A DNA stretch of 64,000 bases from Anthoceros angustus (lineage: Eukaryota; Plantae; Anthocerotophyta), in contig MU008155.1 in assembly GCA_010909165.1 (NCBI GenBank), positions 2,420,773 to 2,484,772 on the forward strand, given 5' to 3'. Below the pieces are notes generated by a model, which made no database searches, was not told where the DNA came from, and worked only from the letters and a program-made list of their open reading frames with translations. This document shows, piece after piece, positions 38,865 to 53,810 of this stretch (positions are counted from its first letter, which is position 1; each line of letters opens with the position of its first letter). The position numbers were made by a program, and so were the translations under genes.

Positions 38865-39880
38865 AGCTCCATCACCCGGATAAGCTTCCTTGCTCGAGTC
38901 CTATACCTCTTACATGCTTCTCGTGGAGTACCTTGTGCCTTGGTGAGCGTGTCCGATTTATATCGATGTCGACATCAGTAGCTGCCCAAGCTCGCTTATG
39001 AGCAACCACCGTGGGATGAAATGGTGTTGTATCTCCACATGTTTGGTCCTTGTGTGCGGGGTTGGGTTGTAGGTCATGGCAATTGCATCTTGATGGTCGA
39101 TAGTAGTTTGGTTGGTTGATCCCGCCTCCGGATGTCGCTCGAATTGTCGAATCCAAGGAATCTCCTTTTGCCGCTAGGGAAGTTCTGCATACTCCGCCGG
39201 TGGAGGCACACGATCGCAAGCAATTGCATCCCTGTGAGACTAACCCGTTGTTGAGGATCATGCAAGAGTGCGGTAGACTTGCGTGCATCCGGATCTCCCG
39301 CACCGCATTTGAGTAGGAGGTTAACTAGTACAAGCTTCGGAAGTGGTGTTTTGTATACAAGTCCAAGGGATTTGCAGCCCTTCAAGTAGCGGAGGATGCG
39401 CTTGACGCTAGTCCAAGGGATTTGGCATCTTCAAGTAGCGGAGGATGCGCTTGACGCTAGTCCAAAGGCTCTCCCATGGTTGGAGAGGTATCTTGATGCA
39501 ATATTCACACTGTGACATGTCCGGCCCGGTCCACATTGCCAAATAGAGTAGGCTATACGGCCTACATTGTGAGGGCACTGGGACATCTCATGAGCTTCTT
39601 CCGTTGTGGGGCGGTCATCGTGGATAGCTTCTCGGGAAGCAATAGGAGTGGAGCGGGCTTGGCATCGCCACTTCAATCTCTCCACTCGGCCCTGTCACAC
39701 GGATGAACAAGGCGCCGGAGAATTGCATGAACGCACATCGAGAGCGTCAAGGGGTCCTTGAGTGCCGACGGTGCAATGATTACCTACGAAAGTGATTGTA
39801 AGGTGGTGTTTAGTTGCTAGCTTGCACACTAATAGCAAGTTCTTGGTCATTGCGGCACGTGGAGAACGCCATTAATGGTG
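38865..39880 (-). pseudogene. Copia RT/RNaseH fragment, near-identical duplicate of 37245-38250
   Basis: Same 50-bp duplication (39363/39413) and same private variants. Confidence 0.9.
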
Positions 39881-42794
39881 AGCTCTCCATCTTCCCTTCC
39901 TTCCCTTCCCATGTCATGGCTTCACGATAAGCTCACATGCATAGAATAAATATTATTTTGATAAATTAAAATAATGCAGATATAAACTAATATTTACATA
40001 AATCATGAATATTACTATTTTCATTTAGATATTATAAAGTTAATCAGATTGTACTATAATAAATACTAAAATACAATATAGTAACCCTTTACCTATTGAA
40101 AACTTATTTAATAATCTATTAATAAATAAAATCTCAAACTCATCGAAATATGGGACATGGGGCATGGAACTCGTTTTTCTATTTGGGCTATATATGTATG
40201 AGCCCCACCATCTATATTCAAACATGATATATCCAATCTCATTGTATGATAAAGAATACTATGGGACATAGTGCATGGAACCCATTTTTCCTATTTGGGC
40301 TATATGTATGTGAGCCCCACTATATTCAAACATCATATATCCAATCTTGATGTATGCTAAAGAATATCATTATCACCCATTCTTTTGAATTTTATTAGAA
40401 TGTTTAGTTTTCTCATGGTTCTCTCTCTTAGGTTATCATTAGTTTGATGTAGAGTTACCTATCCATATTATTGGGTTCTTTCTTTATTCTTATTTGCCTT
40501 TGGTCCTTTCTAGTCTATTATGGCTAATGATGATGCTCCCGTTAGCGTTGTACCTTACACATGGGTGGCAGTTCCTAGAATCGGATGCCCACATTGGTTT
40601 CTACATTGAAGACGCAAGGAAGCATGAGGATGAGGTCAGTGACGCTCCTTCCTTACCTTGGAACTTCCAAGCTAAAGACCCTTAGGACCGCTTTCTAAGT
40701 ATACCTTGAAGTTGGTAGACGTGGTCGATTTGATCATGGAAGTCAAGCAAAGAAGACCTCAACCACGCCTCCCACCATGGTGTCTAGAAAGGATGATGAC
40801 GTAGGTCGTGGAAGCACCACCATCCCTAAGGCGCAACAAAATAGCGCGAGCGGTGGGGAGACGTCGACTTTGCGGGCATGGTGATGGAGGAGGTCCGGAC
40901 CAGGTATCACGGAGTGCATTGGCATTCTATTCACAAGTCGATAATGTGTATCCGATGGCACGCCACGTGCCGACTCACGGCTCAAGAAGTTCCACCAGTT
41001 CATTTGGGGCGATTCGAAAGGACATAGATGCAGATTGGGACTTGGTGCAAATCAAGTTGTTTTATGTGGCTTCAAGCGTCGAATAAAGTGAAGCTCAACT
41101 TCAAAGATCCCGCATCCTTAGAGACATATCTACGATTACCAGGATTGGTGGCCATCACAGTTGGCGAGGAAGTAATAGGGTTTGTGAGGATGGAAGTTCA
41201 ACAAAGCGCAAATTCTTCTCCCGTAGTGCATGCGGAGGCCTTCCACATGGTGTGTATATCGAGAAGAAGAGATGAAACAAGCTGCAGATGTGCCAAAAGA
41301 TGCTCGTAGGGAGACCACATATGAGGCTTTCGTTTTGAGCAGTCAAGGCCAAATAGACGGTCCGGCAAGTTGTTGAGGTTGAGGGGCACACCATTCTAGC
41401 ACCAAAACCTACAATTGTTGGTATAAAAAGAGGAAGCTGGAAAAGCATACCATAGTAAAGGCGATCATAATGGGGTCAGATGATACCAAGGAGCTCAATC
41501 ATCCCTCACAGTTATTTGGTTGAGCTTGAGCTTCAAGTTCGATTGAGTGGCTACCTGCATAGCCGAGAAGTGCCGCTCGCTCTCGCAGGAAGAAATCCTT
41601 GGTTCATCCATCCATCCGCTCAACCCACAAGAAAGTACTCTAGCGCCTTCGAGCTCACAAGAAAGTATTTGAGCGCCTTCAAACTCACGGACCAATACTT
41701 TAGTGCCTTCCAACTCACGGGATAATAGTCTAGCGCCTTCAAACTCAGGACCCATACTCTCGCCTTCCAACTTACGAGGATACTCTAGCGCCTTCAAACT
41801 CATAGAAAAATATTCTAGTGCCTTCCAACTCACGAGGATAATACTCTAGCGCCTTCAAACTCACGTAAAAATATATTTGGCTCCTTCTTAGATCCATTGT
41901 TAAATACTCTAGCTCGGACTCACACTAGGGAGTTCAACACGCCATGGCTCACTCACCTGGGAGGTCACTATGTGAGAAACTTTGCCGAAGCAATTGGAGC
42001 AACATAAGTCGCCAAGGAGTGTGGATCGGCGCATTGGGAGAGGAAAGGGCATGAGGATCGGGAGAGAAGGGAAGGAAAGAGAGAGGTATGTAGAGAAGAT
42101 ATGGGTGAAAAAGGATAACATGAGAAAACAATATAAATATGGAAGATGAAGAGAAGGGAAAATGGGAAAATGGGAAGGGAGAAACAAAAGAAATGAGAGG
42201 ATATGGAGAAATAGTAAAGAATCTTCCTCTTGAGCGAGGAATGTTTTATTGAAAGGCAAAAAAAATGGTATATATACACGGCCGAGTGAGTTATGTATCG
42301 TCAGCTTGAGAATGCCGAAACTTACTCAACTATATCAAATGCTATTAAACATTGTTTTACGCCTTACCTTGTACGTGCCTAAACCTCACTTTGATCGACG
42401 TCTAAGACCCCCATCTCCACAACACTCCCCTCGTTCTTGATCCGTTCTTCGTTCTCGCCGCCATGACGTCCATCGCATGCTTCTGTACATGCCTCAAGAT
42501 CCTCTCGACCATCCGGTGGCTTCTCAAGCTCGCGACTCACGATCTCGGCTATGAGCCAAAAATTGAAAGCCTCGAGCAAGCTGGAGTAGCCGAGGCATAG
42601 ATCAAAAGACCAAGGTTCAACACGCAAGAGCCGCTTCAGTGCAAGATGCATGGCGTAAGTATAGAAAGGTTTAGAATTGCGAACTCCAACCTTTGCCTCC
42701 GGATGACGGTGAGAAGAGCTTATGAAGAGTGGTGATCAAGGTGTGCTGGCAGAAGTCAACGTCTTCCCCTCAAGGTTCGTCGAGGGAGCTCAGA

Positions 42795-43770
42795 GCTCCA
42801 TCACCCAGATAAGCTTCCTTGCTCAGTAGTCCTATACCTCTTACATGCTTCTCGTGGAGTACCTTGGACTGTGCCTTGGTGGCCAGTGCGATTTGTTATC
42901 GCCAGATCGACATCAGTACGCCCAAGCTCGCTTATGAGCAACCACATGTGGATGAAATGGTGTTGTATCTCCACATGTTTGGTCCTTGTGTGCGTGGTTG
43001 GGTTGTAGGTCATGGCAATTGCATGCTGATGGTCGCATAGTAGTTTGGTTGGTTGATCCTGCTCCTCCTGGATGTCGCTCAAGAATTGTCGAATCCAAGG
43101 AATCTCCTTTTGCCGCTAGGGAAGTTGCTGCATACTCCGCTTCGGTGGAGGACCTGATCAAGCAATTGCATCCCGGAGACTAACCCGTTGTTGAGGATCA
43201 TGCGATGGCTGCGGTGAACTTGCGTGCATCCGGATCTCCCGATGCATTTGAGTAGGAGGTTAACTAGTACAAGCTTCTTGGAAGTGGTGTTTTTGTATAC
43301 AAGTCCAAGGGATTTGCAGCCCTTCAAGTAGCGGAGGATGCGCTTGACGCTAGTCCGATGGGCTCTCCCATGGTTGGAGAGGTATCTTGATGCAATATTC
43401 ACACTGTGACATGTCCGGCTGGTCCACATTGCCAAATAGAGTAGGCTAGCGAGCTCAGAGGGCACTTGGGACATCTCATGAGCTTCTTCGGAGTTGTGGG
43501 TCATCGGATAGCTTCTCGCGAAGCAATAGGAGTGGAGACGGGCTTGGCATCGCTCGGCTTCAATCTCTCATTGTGACGCTTGTCCCCCGGATGAACAAGG
43601 CGGCGGAGAATTGTGCATGAACGCACATCGAGAGCGTCAAGGGGTCCCTTGAGTGCGACGGTGCAATGATTACCTCGAAAGTGATTGTAAGGTGGTGTTT
43701 AGTTGCTAGCTTGCACACTAATAGCAAGTTCTTGGTCATTGCAGCACGTGGAGAACGCCATTAATGGTGA
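42795..43770 (-). pseudogene. Copia RT/RNaseH fragment, array copy
   Basis: ORF 43079-43504 SLLYLAMWTSRTCHSVNIASRYLSNHGRAHRTSVKRILRYLKGCKSLGLVYK; ORF 42913-43161 RSSTEAEYAATSLAAK. Confidence 0.92.
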
Positions 43771-46700
43771 GCAGCTCCATCTTCCCTTCCCTTCCCTATA
43801 CGATGGCTTCACGATAAGCTCACATGCATAGAATAAATATTATTTTGATAAATTAAAATAATGTACAGATATAAACTAATATTTACATAAATCATGAATA
43901 TTACTATTTTCATTTAGATATTATAAACTTAATCAGATTGTACTATAATAAATACTAAAATACAATATAGTAACCCTTTACCTATTGAAAAACTTATTTA
44001 ATAATCTATTAATAAATAAAATCTCAAACTCATCGAAATATGGGACATGGGGCATGGAACTCGTTTTTCTATTTGGGCTATATATGTATATGAGCCCCAC
44101 CATCTATATTCAAACATGATATATCCAATCTCATTGTATGATAAAGAATACTATGGGACATAGTGCATGGAACCCATTTTTCCTATTTGGGCTATATATA
44201 TGTATGAGCCCCACTATATTCAAACATCATATATCCAATCTTGATGTATGCTAAAGAATATCATTATCACCCATTCTTTTGAATTTTATTAGAATGTTTA
44301 GTTTTCTCATGGTTCTCTCTTGAGAGGTTATCATTAGTTTGATCTTTGTGGGTTACCTATCCATATTCCTTTGGGTTCTTTCTTTATTCTTATTTGCCTT
44401 TGGTCCTTTCTAGTCTATTATGGCTAATGATGATGCTCCGTTAGCGTTGTACCTTACACATGGGTGGATGATTCCTAGAATCGGATGCCCACATTGGTTT
44501 CTACATTGAAGGCGCAAGGAAGCATGAGGATGATGAGGTGGTGACTCCTTCCTTACCTTGGAACTTCCAAGCTAAAGACCCTTCCGGACCGCTTTCTAAG
44601 TATACCTTGAAGTTGGTAGACGTGGTCGATTTGATCATGGAAGTCAAGCAAAGAAGACCTCAACCACGACCTCCCACCATGGGCGATCTAGAAAGGATGA
44701 TAGCGGTGTGGTGGCCGGAGCACCATCCCTAAGGCGCAACAAAATGGCCGAGCAGTGGGAGTGAAGGCGGCCTTGCACATGTAGTGATGGAGGAGGTCCG
44801 GACACGAGGTATCACGGAGTGCATTGGCATTCTATTCACAAGTCGTATAATGTGTCGATGGCGCATACGTGCCCGACTCAACTTCGGTGAAGAAGTTCCA
44901 CCAGTTCATTTGGGGCGATTCGAAAGGACATAGATGCGGCCGGATTCACGGGACTTGGTTCAAGTTGTTTTATGTGGCTTCAAGCCGAATACGAGTGAAG
45001 CTCAACTTCAAAGATCTGCATCCTTAGAGACATATCTAGGTGCACCGCAGCGACGGATTGGGTGGCCATCAGTTGGCGAGGAAGTAATAGGGTTTGTGAG
45101 GATGGAAGTTCAACAAAGCGCAAATTCTTCTCCCGTAGTGCATGCGGAGGCCTTCCACATGGTGTGTATATCGAGAAGAAGAGATGAAACAAGCTGCGGA
45201 TGTGCCAAAAGATGCTCGTAGGAGACCACATATGAGGCTTTCGTTTTGAGAAACGGTCAAGGCCAAATAAATGGTCAAGTTGTTGAGGTTGAGGGGCACA
45301 CCATTCTAGCACCAAAACCTACAATTGTTGGTATAAAAAGAGGAAGGAAGCATCGTAGTAAAGGCGATCATAATGGGGTCAGATGATACCAAGGAGCTCA
45401 ATCATCCCTCACAGATTATTTGGTTGAGCTTGGCTTCATAAAGTTCGATTGGGTAGCTGCTACATAGCCTTGAAGTTGGTAGGCGATTTGATCATGGAAG
45501 TCAAGCAAAGAAGACCTCAACCACACCTCCCACCATGGTGATCTAGAAAGGATGATGGCGATGGTGTGGAAGCACCACCATCCCTAAGGCGCAACAAAAT
45601 AGCGAATACGGGAGTGAAGACGTCGGCTTTATGCATGGTGATGGAGGAGGTCCGGACACGGTATCACGGAGTGCATTGGCATTCTATTCACAAGTCGTAT
45701 AATGTGTATCGATGGCACTACGTGACTCACGGCTGAAGAAGTTCCACCAGTTCATTTGGCGATTCGAAAGGACATAGATGCGGCCGGATTAGGACTTGGT
45801 GCAAATCAAGTTGTTTTATGTGGCTTCAAGCGTCGAATACGAGTGAAGCTCAACTTCAAAGATCCCGCATCCTTAGAGACATATCTCTGATTACTGCAGC
45901 CCGGATTGGGTGGCCATCACAGTTGGCGAAGTAATAGGGTTTGTGAGGATGGAAGTTCAACAAAGCGCAAATTCTTCTCCCGTAGTGCATGAGGCCTTCC
46001 ACATGGTGTGTATATCGGAGAAGAAGAGATGAAACAAGCTGCGGATGTGCCAAAAGATGCTCGTAGGAGACCACATATGAGGCTTTTGAGAGCAAGGCCA
46101 AATAGATGCAGTCCGACAAGTTGTTGAGGTTGAGGGGCACACCATTCTAGCACCAAAACCTACAATTGTTGGTATAAAAAATTTGGAAAAAGCCGTAGTA
46201 AAGGCGATCATAATGGGGTCAGATGATACCAAGGAGCTCAATCATCCCTCACAGTTATTTGGTTGAGCTTGAGGCTTCACCGAAGTTCCGATTGGGCTGG
46301 CTACAGCATAGGGTGAGAAGTGCCTCTGGCTCTCTGCAGGAAGAAATCCTTGGTTCATCCATCCATCCGGCTCCGAACCCACCGAAGTACTCTAGCGCCT
46401 TGAGCTCACAAGAAAGTATTTGGCGCCTTCAAACTCAGGACCAATACTTTAGTGCCTTCAACTCACGGGATAGTCTAGCGCCTTCAAACTCACGGGACCC
46501 ATACTCTCGCCTTCCAACTTACGGATAATACTCTAGCGCCTTCAAACTCATAGAAAAATATTCTAGTGCCTTCCAACTCAGGATAATACTCTAGCGCCTT
46601 CAAACTCACGGAAAAATATATTTGGCTCCTTCTTAGATCCATTGTTAAATACTCTAACGCCTTCGGACTCACACTAGGGAGTTCAACACGTCATAGCTCA

Positions 46701-47549
46701 CTCACCTTTGGGAGGTCACTATGCGAAACTTTGCCGAGCAATTGGAGCAACATAAGTCGCCAAGGGGTGTGGATCGGGCGCATTGGGAGAGGGAAAAGGG
46801 CATGAGGATCGGGAGGCAGAAGGGAAGGAAGAGGTATGTAGAGAAGATATGGGTGAAAAAGGATAACATGAGAAAACAATATAAATATGGAAGATGAAGA
46901 GAAGGGAAAATGGGAAAATGGGAAGGAGAAACAAAAGAAATGAGAGGATATGGAGAAATAGTAAAGAATCTTCCTCTTGAGCGAGGAATGTTTTATTGAA
47001 AGGCAAAAAAAAATGGTATATATACACGGCCGAGTGAGTTGTAATCATCGAGGCGTTGATCACAAGAAACTTACTCAACTATATCAAATGCTATTAAACA
47101 TTGTTTTACGTCTTACCTTGGCGTGCCTAAACCTCACTTTGATCAGCCCGTCTAAGACCCCCATCTCCACAACACTCCCCTCGTTCTTGATCCGAGTTCT
47201 TCGTTCTCGCTCGCCATGGCGTCCATCGGGCATGCTTCTGCGGTGTTCCTCGGCATCCTCTCGACCATCCGGTGGCTTCTCAAGCTCGCGACTCACACGA
47301 TCTCGGCTATGAGCCAAAAATTGAAAGCCTCGAGCAATGGGTAGCCGAGCCTGAGATCCGAAAAGAGCGCAGCCTGTTCAACACGCAAGAGCCGCGATCG
47401 GCCATAAGATGCATGGCGGGCGTAAGTATAGAAAGGTTTAGAATTGCGAACTCCAACCTTTGCCTCCGGATGGCGGTGAGAAGAGCTTATGAAGAGTGGT
47501 GATCAAGGTGTCTTGGCGATCAACGTCTTCCCTCAAGGTTCGCGAGCTC

Positions 47550-48540
47550 GAGCTCCATCACCCGGATAAGCTTCCTTGCTCAGTTGATCCTGTACCTCTT
47601 ACATGCTTCTAGGAGTACCTTGGTGTGCCTTGGTGAGCGGGTCGATTTATTATCGCGATGTCGACATCATGTAGGCGCGAGGCTAGCTTATGAGCAACCA
47701 CGTGGGATGAAATGGTGTTGTATCTCCACATGTTTGGTCCTTGTGTGCGGGGTTGGGTTGTAGGTCATGGCAATTGCATCTTGATGGTCGCATAGTAGTT
47801 TGGTTGGTTGATCCTGCTCCTCCGGATGTCGCTCGGGGAATTGTCGAATCCAAGGAATCTCCTTTTGCCGCTAGGGAAGTTCTTTGCATACTCCGCCGGT
47901 GGAGGACAGGCTACGATCAACAATTGCATCCCGGAGACTAACCCGTTGTTGAGGATCATGCGGTAAAAGGCTGCAGTAGACTTGCGTGCATCCGGATCCT
48001 CACTTGATGCATTTGAGTAGGAGGTTAACTAGTACAAGCTTCTTTGGAAGTGGTGTTTTGTATACAAGTCCAAGGGTTTGCAGCCCTTCAAGTAGCGGAG
48101 GATGCGCTTGACGCTAGTCCATGGGCTCTCCCATGGTTGGAGAGGTATCTTGATGCAATATTCACACTGTGACATGCGGCACGGTCACATTGCCAAATAG
48201 AGTAGGCTAGCCATGCAGCCTCAGAACTTGGGACATCTCATGAGCTTCTTACAGGTTGTGGGGCGGTCATCGGCGGATAGCTTCTCGAAGCAATAGGGAG
48301 AGGCAGGCTTGGCATCGCTCGCTTCAATCTCTCAAGTCGGCCGGTGTCCCCGAGCGGATGAACAAGCGCCAGGTATGCATGAGCGCACATCGAGAGCGTC
48401 TGAAGGGTCCCTTGAGTGCCGACGGTGCAATGATTACCTACGAAAGTGATTGTAAGGTGGTGTTTAGTTGCTAGCTTGCACACTAATAGCAAGTTCTTGG
48501 TCATTCAGGTACGTGGAGGCATCGATTAATGGTGAGCGGC
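47550..48540 (-). pseudogene. Copia RT/RNaseH fragment, array copy
   Basis: Same motifs. Confidence 0.9.
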
Positions 48541-51474
48541 TCTCCATCTTCCTTCCCTTCCCTATCGATGGCTTCACGATAAGCTCACATGCATAGAATA
48601 AATATTATTTTGATAAATTAAAATAATGTACAGATATAAACTAATATTTACATAAATCATGAATATTACTATTTTCATTTAGATATTATAAACTTAATCA
48701 GATTGTACTATAATAAATACTAAAATACAATATAGTAACCCTTTACCTATTGAAAAACTTATTTAATAATCTATTAATAAATAAAATCTCAAACTCATCG
48801 AAATATGGGACATGGGGCATGGAACTCGTTTTTCTATTTGGGCTATATATGTATGAGCCCCACCATCTATATTCAAACATGATATATCCAATCTCATTGT
48901 ATGATAAAGAATACTATGGGACATAGTGCATGGAACCCATTTTTCCTATTTGGGCTATATATGTATATGAGCTATTTATATTCAAACATCATATATCCAA
49001 TCTTGATGTATGCTAAAGAATATCATTATCACCCATTCTTTTGAATTTTATTAGAATGTTTAGTTTTCTCATCGGTTCTCTCTTGAGGTTATCATTAGTT
49101 TGATCTTGTGTAGAGTTACCTATCCATATTCCTTTGGGTTCTTTCTTTATTCTTATTTGCCTTTGGTCCTTTCTAGTCTATTATGGCTAATGATGATGCT
49201 CCGTTAGCGTTGTACCTTACACATGGGTGGAATGATTCCTAGAATCGGATGCCCACATTGGTTTCTACATTGAAGGCCTTGAGGCATGAGGATGAGGGGT
49301 GGCGCTCCTTCCTTACCTTGGAACTTCCAAGCTAAAGACCCTTCGGACCGCTTTCTAAGTATACCTTGAAGTTGGTAGGCGTGGTCGATTTGATCATGGA
49401 AGTCAAGCAAAGAAGACCTCAACCACCTCCCACCATGGTGATCTAGAAAGGATGATGGCAGTAATAGTGGCGGGCACCACCATCCCTAAGGCGCAACAAA
49501 ATAGCGCGCAGTGGGAGTGAAGACGTCGACTTAACGGGCATGGTGATGGAGGAGGTCCGGACACGGTATCACAGTGCATTGGCATTCTATTCACAAGTCG
49601 TATAATGTGTATCCGATGGCACGCTACATTAAGCTCGCTCAAGAAGTTCCACCAGTTCATTTGGGCGATTCGAAAGGACATAGATGCAGATTCGGGACTT
49701 GGTGCAAATCAAGTTGTTTTATGTGGCTTCAAGCGTCGAATACGAGTGAAGCTCAACTTCAAAGATCCCGCATCCTTAGAGACATATCTACGATTACACT
49801 GCGTAGGATTGGGTGGCCATCACAGTTGAAGTAATAGGGTTTGTGAGGATGGAAGTTCAACAAAGCGCAAATTCTTCTCCGTAGTGCATGCGAGGCCTTC
49901 CACATGGTGTGTATATCGGAGAAGAAGAGATGAAACAAGCTGCGGATGTGCCAAAAGATGCTCGTGGGAGACCACATATGAGGCTTTCGTTTTGAGAAAC
50001 GTTGAGGCCAATAGATGCACGGTCAATAGTTGTTGAGGTTGAGGGGCACACCATTCTAGCACCAAAACCTACAATTGTTGGTATAAAAGAAATTTGGAAA
50101 AACATCACGGTAGTAAAGCGATCATAATGAACATGTGATGCCGAGCTCAATCATCCCCTCACAGTTATTTGGTTGAGCTTGAGCTTCAAGGTTCATTGGG
50201 TGGCTGCATAAGCGAGAAGTGCAGCACGGCTCTCGAGCTGCGGAAGAAATCCTTGGTTCATCCATCCATCCACTCCGAACCCACAAGAAAGTACTCTAGC
50301 GCCTTGAGCTCACAAGAAAGTATTTGAGCGCCTTCAAACTCACGGGACCAATACTTTAGTGCCTTCCAACTCACGGGATAATAGTCTAGCGCCTTCAAAC
50401 TCACAGGACCCATACTCTCGCCTTCCAACTTACGAGGATAATACTCTAGCGCCTTCAAACTCATAGAAAAATATTCTAGTGCCTTCCAACTCACGGATAA
50501 TACTCTAGCGCCTTCAAACTCACGAGAAAAATATATTTGGCTCCTTCTTAGATCCATTGTTAAATACTCCTGCTTCTTGGACTCACACTAGGGAGTTCAA
50601 CACGTCATGGCTCACTCACACCGGGGAGGTCACTATGTGAGAAACTTTGCGAGCAATTGGAGCAACATAAGTCGCCAAGGGAGTGTGGATCGGCGCATTG
50701 GGAGAGGGAAAAGGGCATGAGGATCGGGAGACAGAAGGGAAGGAAAGAGAGGTATGTAGAGAAGATATGGGTGAAAAAGGATAACATGAGAAAACAATAT
50801 AAATATGGAAGATGAAGAGAAGGGAAAATGGGAAAATGGGAAGGAGAAACAAAAGAAATGAGAGGATATGGAGAAATAGTAAAGAATCTTCCTCTTGAGC
50901 GAGGAATGTTTTATTGAAACCAAAAAAAAATGGTATATATACACGGCCGAGTGAGTTATGGAATCATCGAGGCGAGTTAGAATCAAACTTACTCAACTAT
51001 ATCAAATGCTATTAAACATTGTTTTACGTCTTACCTTCATGACGTGCCTAAACCTCACTTTGATCGACCATCTAAGACCCCCATCTCCACAACACTCCCC
51101 TCGTTCGATCCGTTCTTCGTTCTCGCTACATGGCGTCCATCGGGCATGCTTCTGCAGGCATTCCTCGGCATCCTCTCGACCATCTGGTGGCTTCTCAAGC
51201 TCGCGACTCACGATCTCGCTATGAGCCAAAAATTGAAAGCCTCGAGCAAGCTGGAGTAGCCGGGCCTGAGATCCAGGCGCACCCGGTGTTAGACACATGG
51301 AAGAGCCGCTTGCGGTCGGCGCAGATGCATGGCGGGCGTAAGTATAGAAAGGTTTAGAATTGCGAACTCCAACCTTTGCCTCCTGGATGGCGGTGAGAAG
51401 AGCTTATGAAGAGTGGTGATCAAGGTGTGTGGCGAGGTCAACGCCTTCCCTCAAGGTTCGCCGAGGGAGCTCGA

Positions 51475-52450
51475 GCTCCATCACCCGGATAAGCTTCCTT
51501 GCTCGAGTCCTATACCTCTTACATGCTTCTCGTGGAGTACCTTGACATGCCTTGGTGCGAGGTCCGATTTGTTATCGCCAATGATCGACATCATGGGCTG
51601 CTAAACGCTATGAGCAACCACCGTGGGATGAAATGGTGTTGTATCTCCACATGTTTGGTCCTTGTGTGCGGGGTTGGGTTGTAGGTCATGGCAATTGCAT
51701 CTTGATGGTCGCATAGTAGTTTGGTTGGTTGATCCGCCTCCTCGGATGTCGCCGAGAATTGTCGAATCCAAGGAATCTCCTTTTGCCGCTAGGGAAGTTG
51801 CTGGCATCCGCCGGTGGAGGCGGGCACCTGCAAGCAATTGCATCCCTGTGAGACTAACCGTTGTTGAGGATCATGCAAGAAGTCATGCGGTAGACTTACA
51901 TCATCCGGATCTCCCCGATGCATTTGAGTAGGAGGTTAACTAGTACAAGCTTGTCGGAAGTGGTGTTTTTGTATACAAGTCCAAGGGATTTGCAGCCCTT
52001 CAAGTAGCGGAGGATGCGCTGACGCTAGTCCAAAGGGCTCTCCCATGGTTGGAGAGGTATCTTGATGCAATATTCACACTGTGACATATGTCCGCCCGTC
52101 CACATTGCCAAATAGAGTAGGCTAGCCTACTCCAGAGGGCACTTGGGACATCTCATGAGCTTCTTCCGAGTTGTGGGGCGTCATCGCGGATAGCTTCTCG
52201 GAAGCAATAGGAGTGGAGGCGGCTTGGCATCGCTCGGCTTCAATCTCTCCAGTCGACGGTCGGCGGTGTCCCCGACGGATGAACAGAAGCCGTGTATGCA
52301 TGAACCGCACATCGAGAGCGTCATCAAGGGGTCCCTTGAGTGCGACGGTGCAATGATTACCTACGAAAGTGATTGTAAGGTGGTGTTTAGTTGCTAGCTT
52401 GCACACTAATAGCAAGTTCTTGGTCATTGCACGTGAGAACGCCATTAATG
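51475..52450 (-). pseudogene. Copia RT/RNaseH fragment, array copy
   Basis: Same motifs. Confidence 0.9.
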
Positions 52451-53099
52451 GTGAGCGCTCTCCATCTTCCCTTCCCTTCCCTATACGATGGCTTCACGAT
52501 AAGCTCACATGCATAGAATAAATATTATTTTGATAAATTAAAATAATGTAGATATAAACTAATATTTACATAAATCATGAATATTACTATTTTCATTTAG
52601 ATATTATAAAGTTAATCAGATTGTACTATAATAAATACTAAAATACAATATAGTAACCCTTTACCTATTGAAAAACTTATTTAATAATCTATTAATAAAT
52701 AAAATCTCAAACTCATCGAAATATGGGACATGGGGCATGGAACTCGTTTTTCTATTTGGGCTATATATGTATGAGCCCCACCATCTATATTCAAACATGA
52801 TATATCCAATCTCATTGTATGATAAAGAATACTATGGGACATAGTGCATGGAACCCATTTTCCTATTTGGGCTATATATGTATGTGAGCCCCACTATATT
52901 CAAACATCATATATCCAATCTTGATGTATGCTAAAGAATATCATTATCACCCATTCTTTTGAATTTTATTAGAATGTTTAGTTTTCTCATGGTTCTCTCT
53001 TGAGAGGTTATCATTAGTTTGATCTGTCAGAGTTACCTATCCATATTCCTTTGGGTTCTTTCTTTATTCTTATTTGCCTTTGGTCCTTTCTAGTCTATT

Positions 53100-53528
53100 A
53101 TGGCTAATGATGATGCTCCGTTAGCGTTGTACCTTACACATGGGTGGATGATTCCTAGAATCGGATGCCACATTGGTTTCTACATTGAAGACGCAAGGAA
53201 GCATGAGGATGAGGTCAGGTGGCGCCCTTCCTTACCTTGGAACTTCCAAGCTAAAGACCCTTCCGGACCGCTTTCTAAGTATACCTTGAAGTTGGTAGAC
53301 GTGGTCGATTTGATCATGGAAGTCAAGCAAAGAAGACCTCAACCACCTCCCACCATGGTCGATCTAGAAAGGATGATGACGTATGTAGGTGGAAGCACCA
53401 CCATCCCTAAGGCGCAACAAAATAGCGCGAGCACCGGGAGTGAAGACGCGCTTTACAGCATGGTGATGGAGGAGGTCCGGACACGAGGTATCACGAGTGC
53501 ATTGGCATTCTATTCACAAGTCGTATAA
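53100..53528 (+). pseudogene. Longest open frame of the gag-like segment (142 aa); probably not a functional CDS
   Basis: ORF MANDDAPLALY...LPWNFQAK...MEEVRTRGITSALAFYSQV is open only in this copy; the frame is broken in others. Confidence 0.35.
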
Positions 53529-53810
53529 TGTGTATCGATGGCACGCTACGTGCCGACTCGCTCGTGAAGAAGTTCCACCAGTTCATTTGGGGCGATTCGA
53601 AAGGACATAGATGTCCCAGTTCGACTTGGTGCAAATCAAGTTGTTTTATGTGGCTTCAAGCGTGAATACGAGTGAAGCTCAACTTCAAAGATCCTCGCAT
53701 CCTTAGAGACATATCTACAGGTGCTGCCGGATTGGGTGGCCATCACAGATTGGCGGAAGTAATAGGGTTTGTGAGGATGGAAGTTCAACAAAGCGCAAAT
53801 TCTTCTCCTG

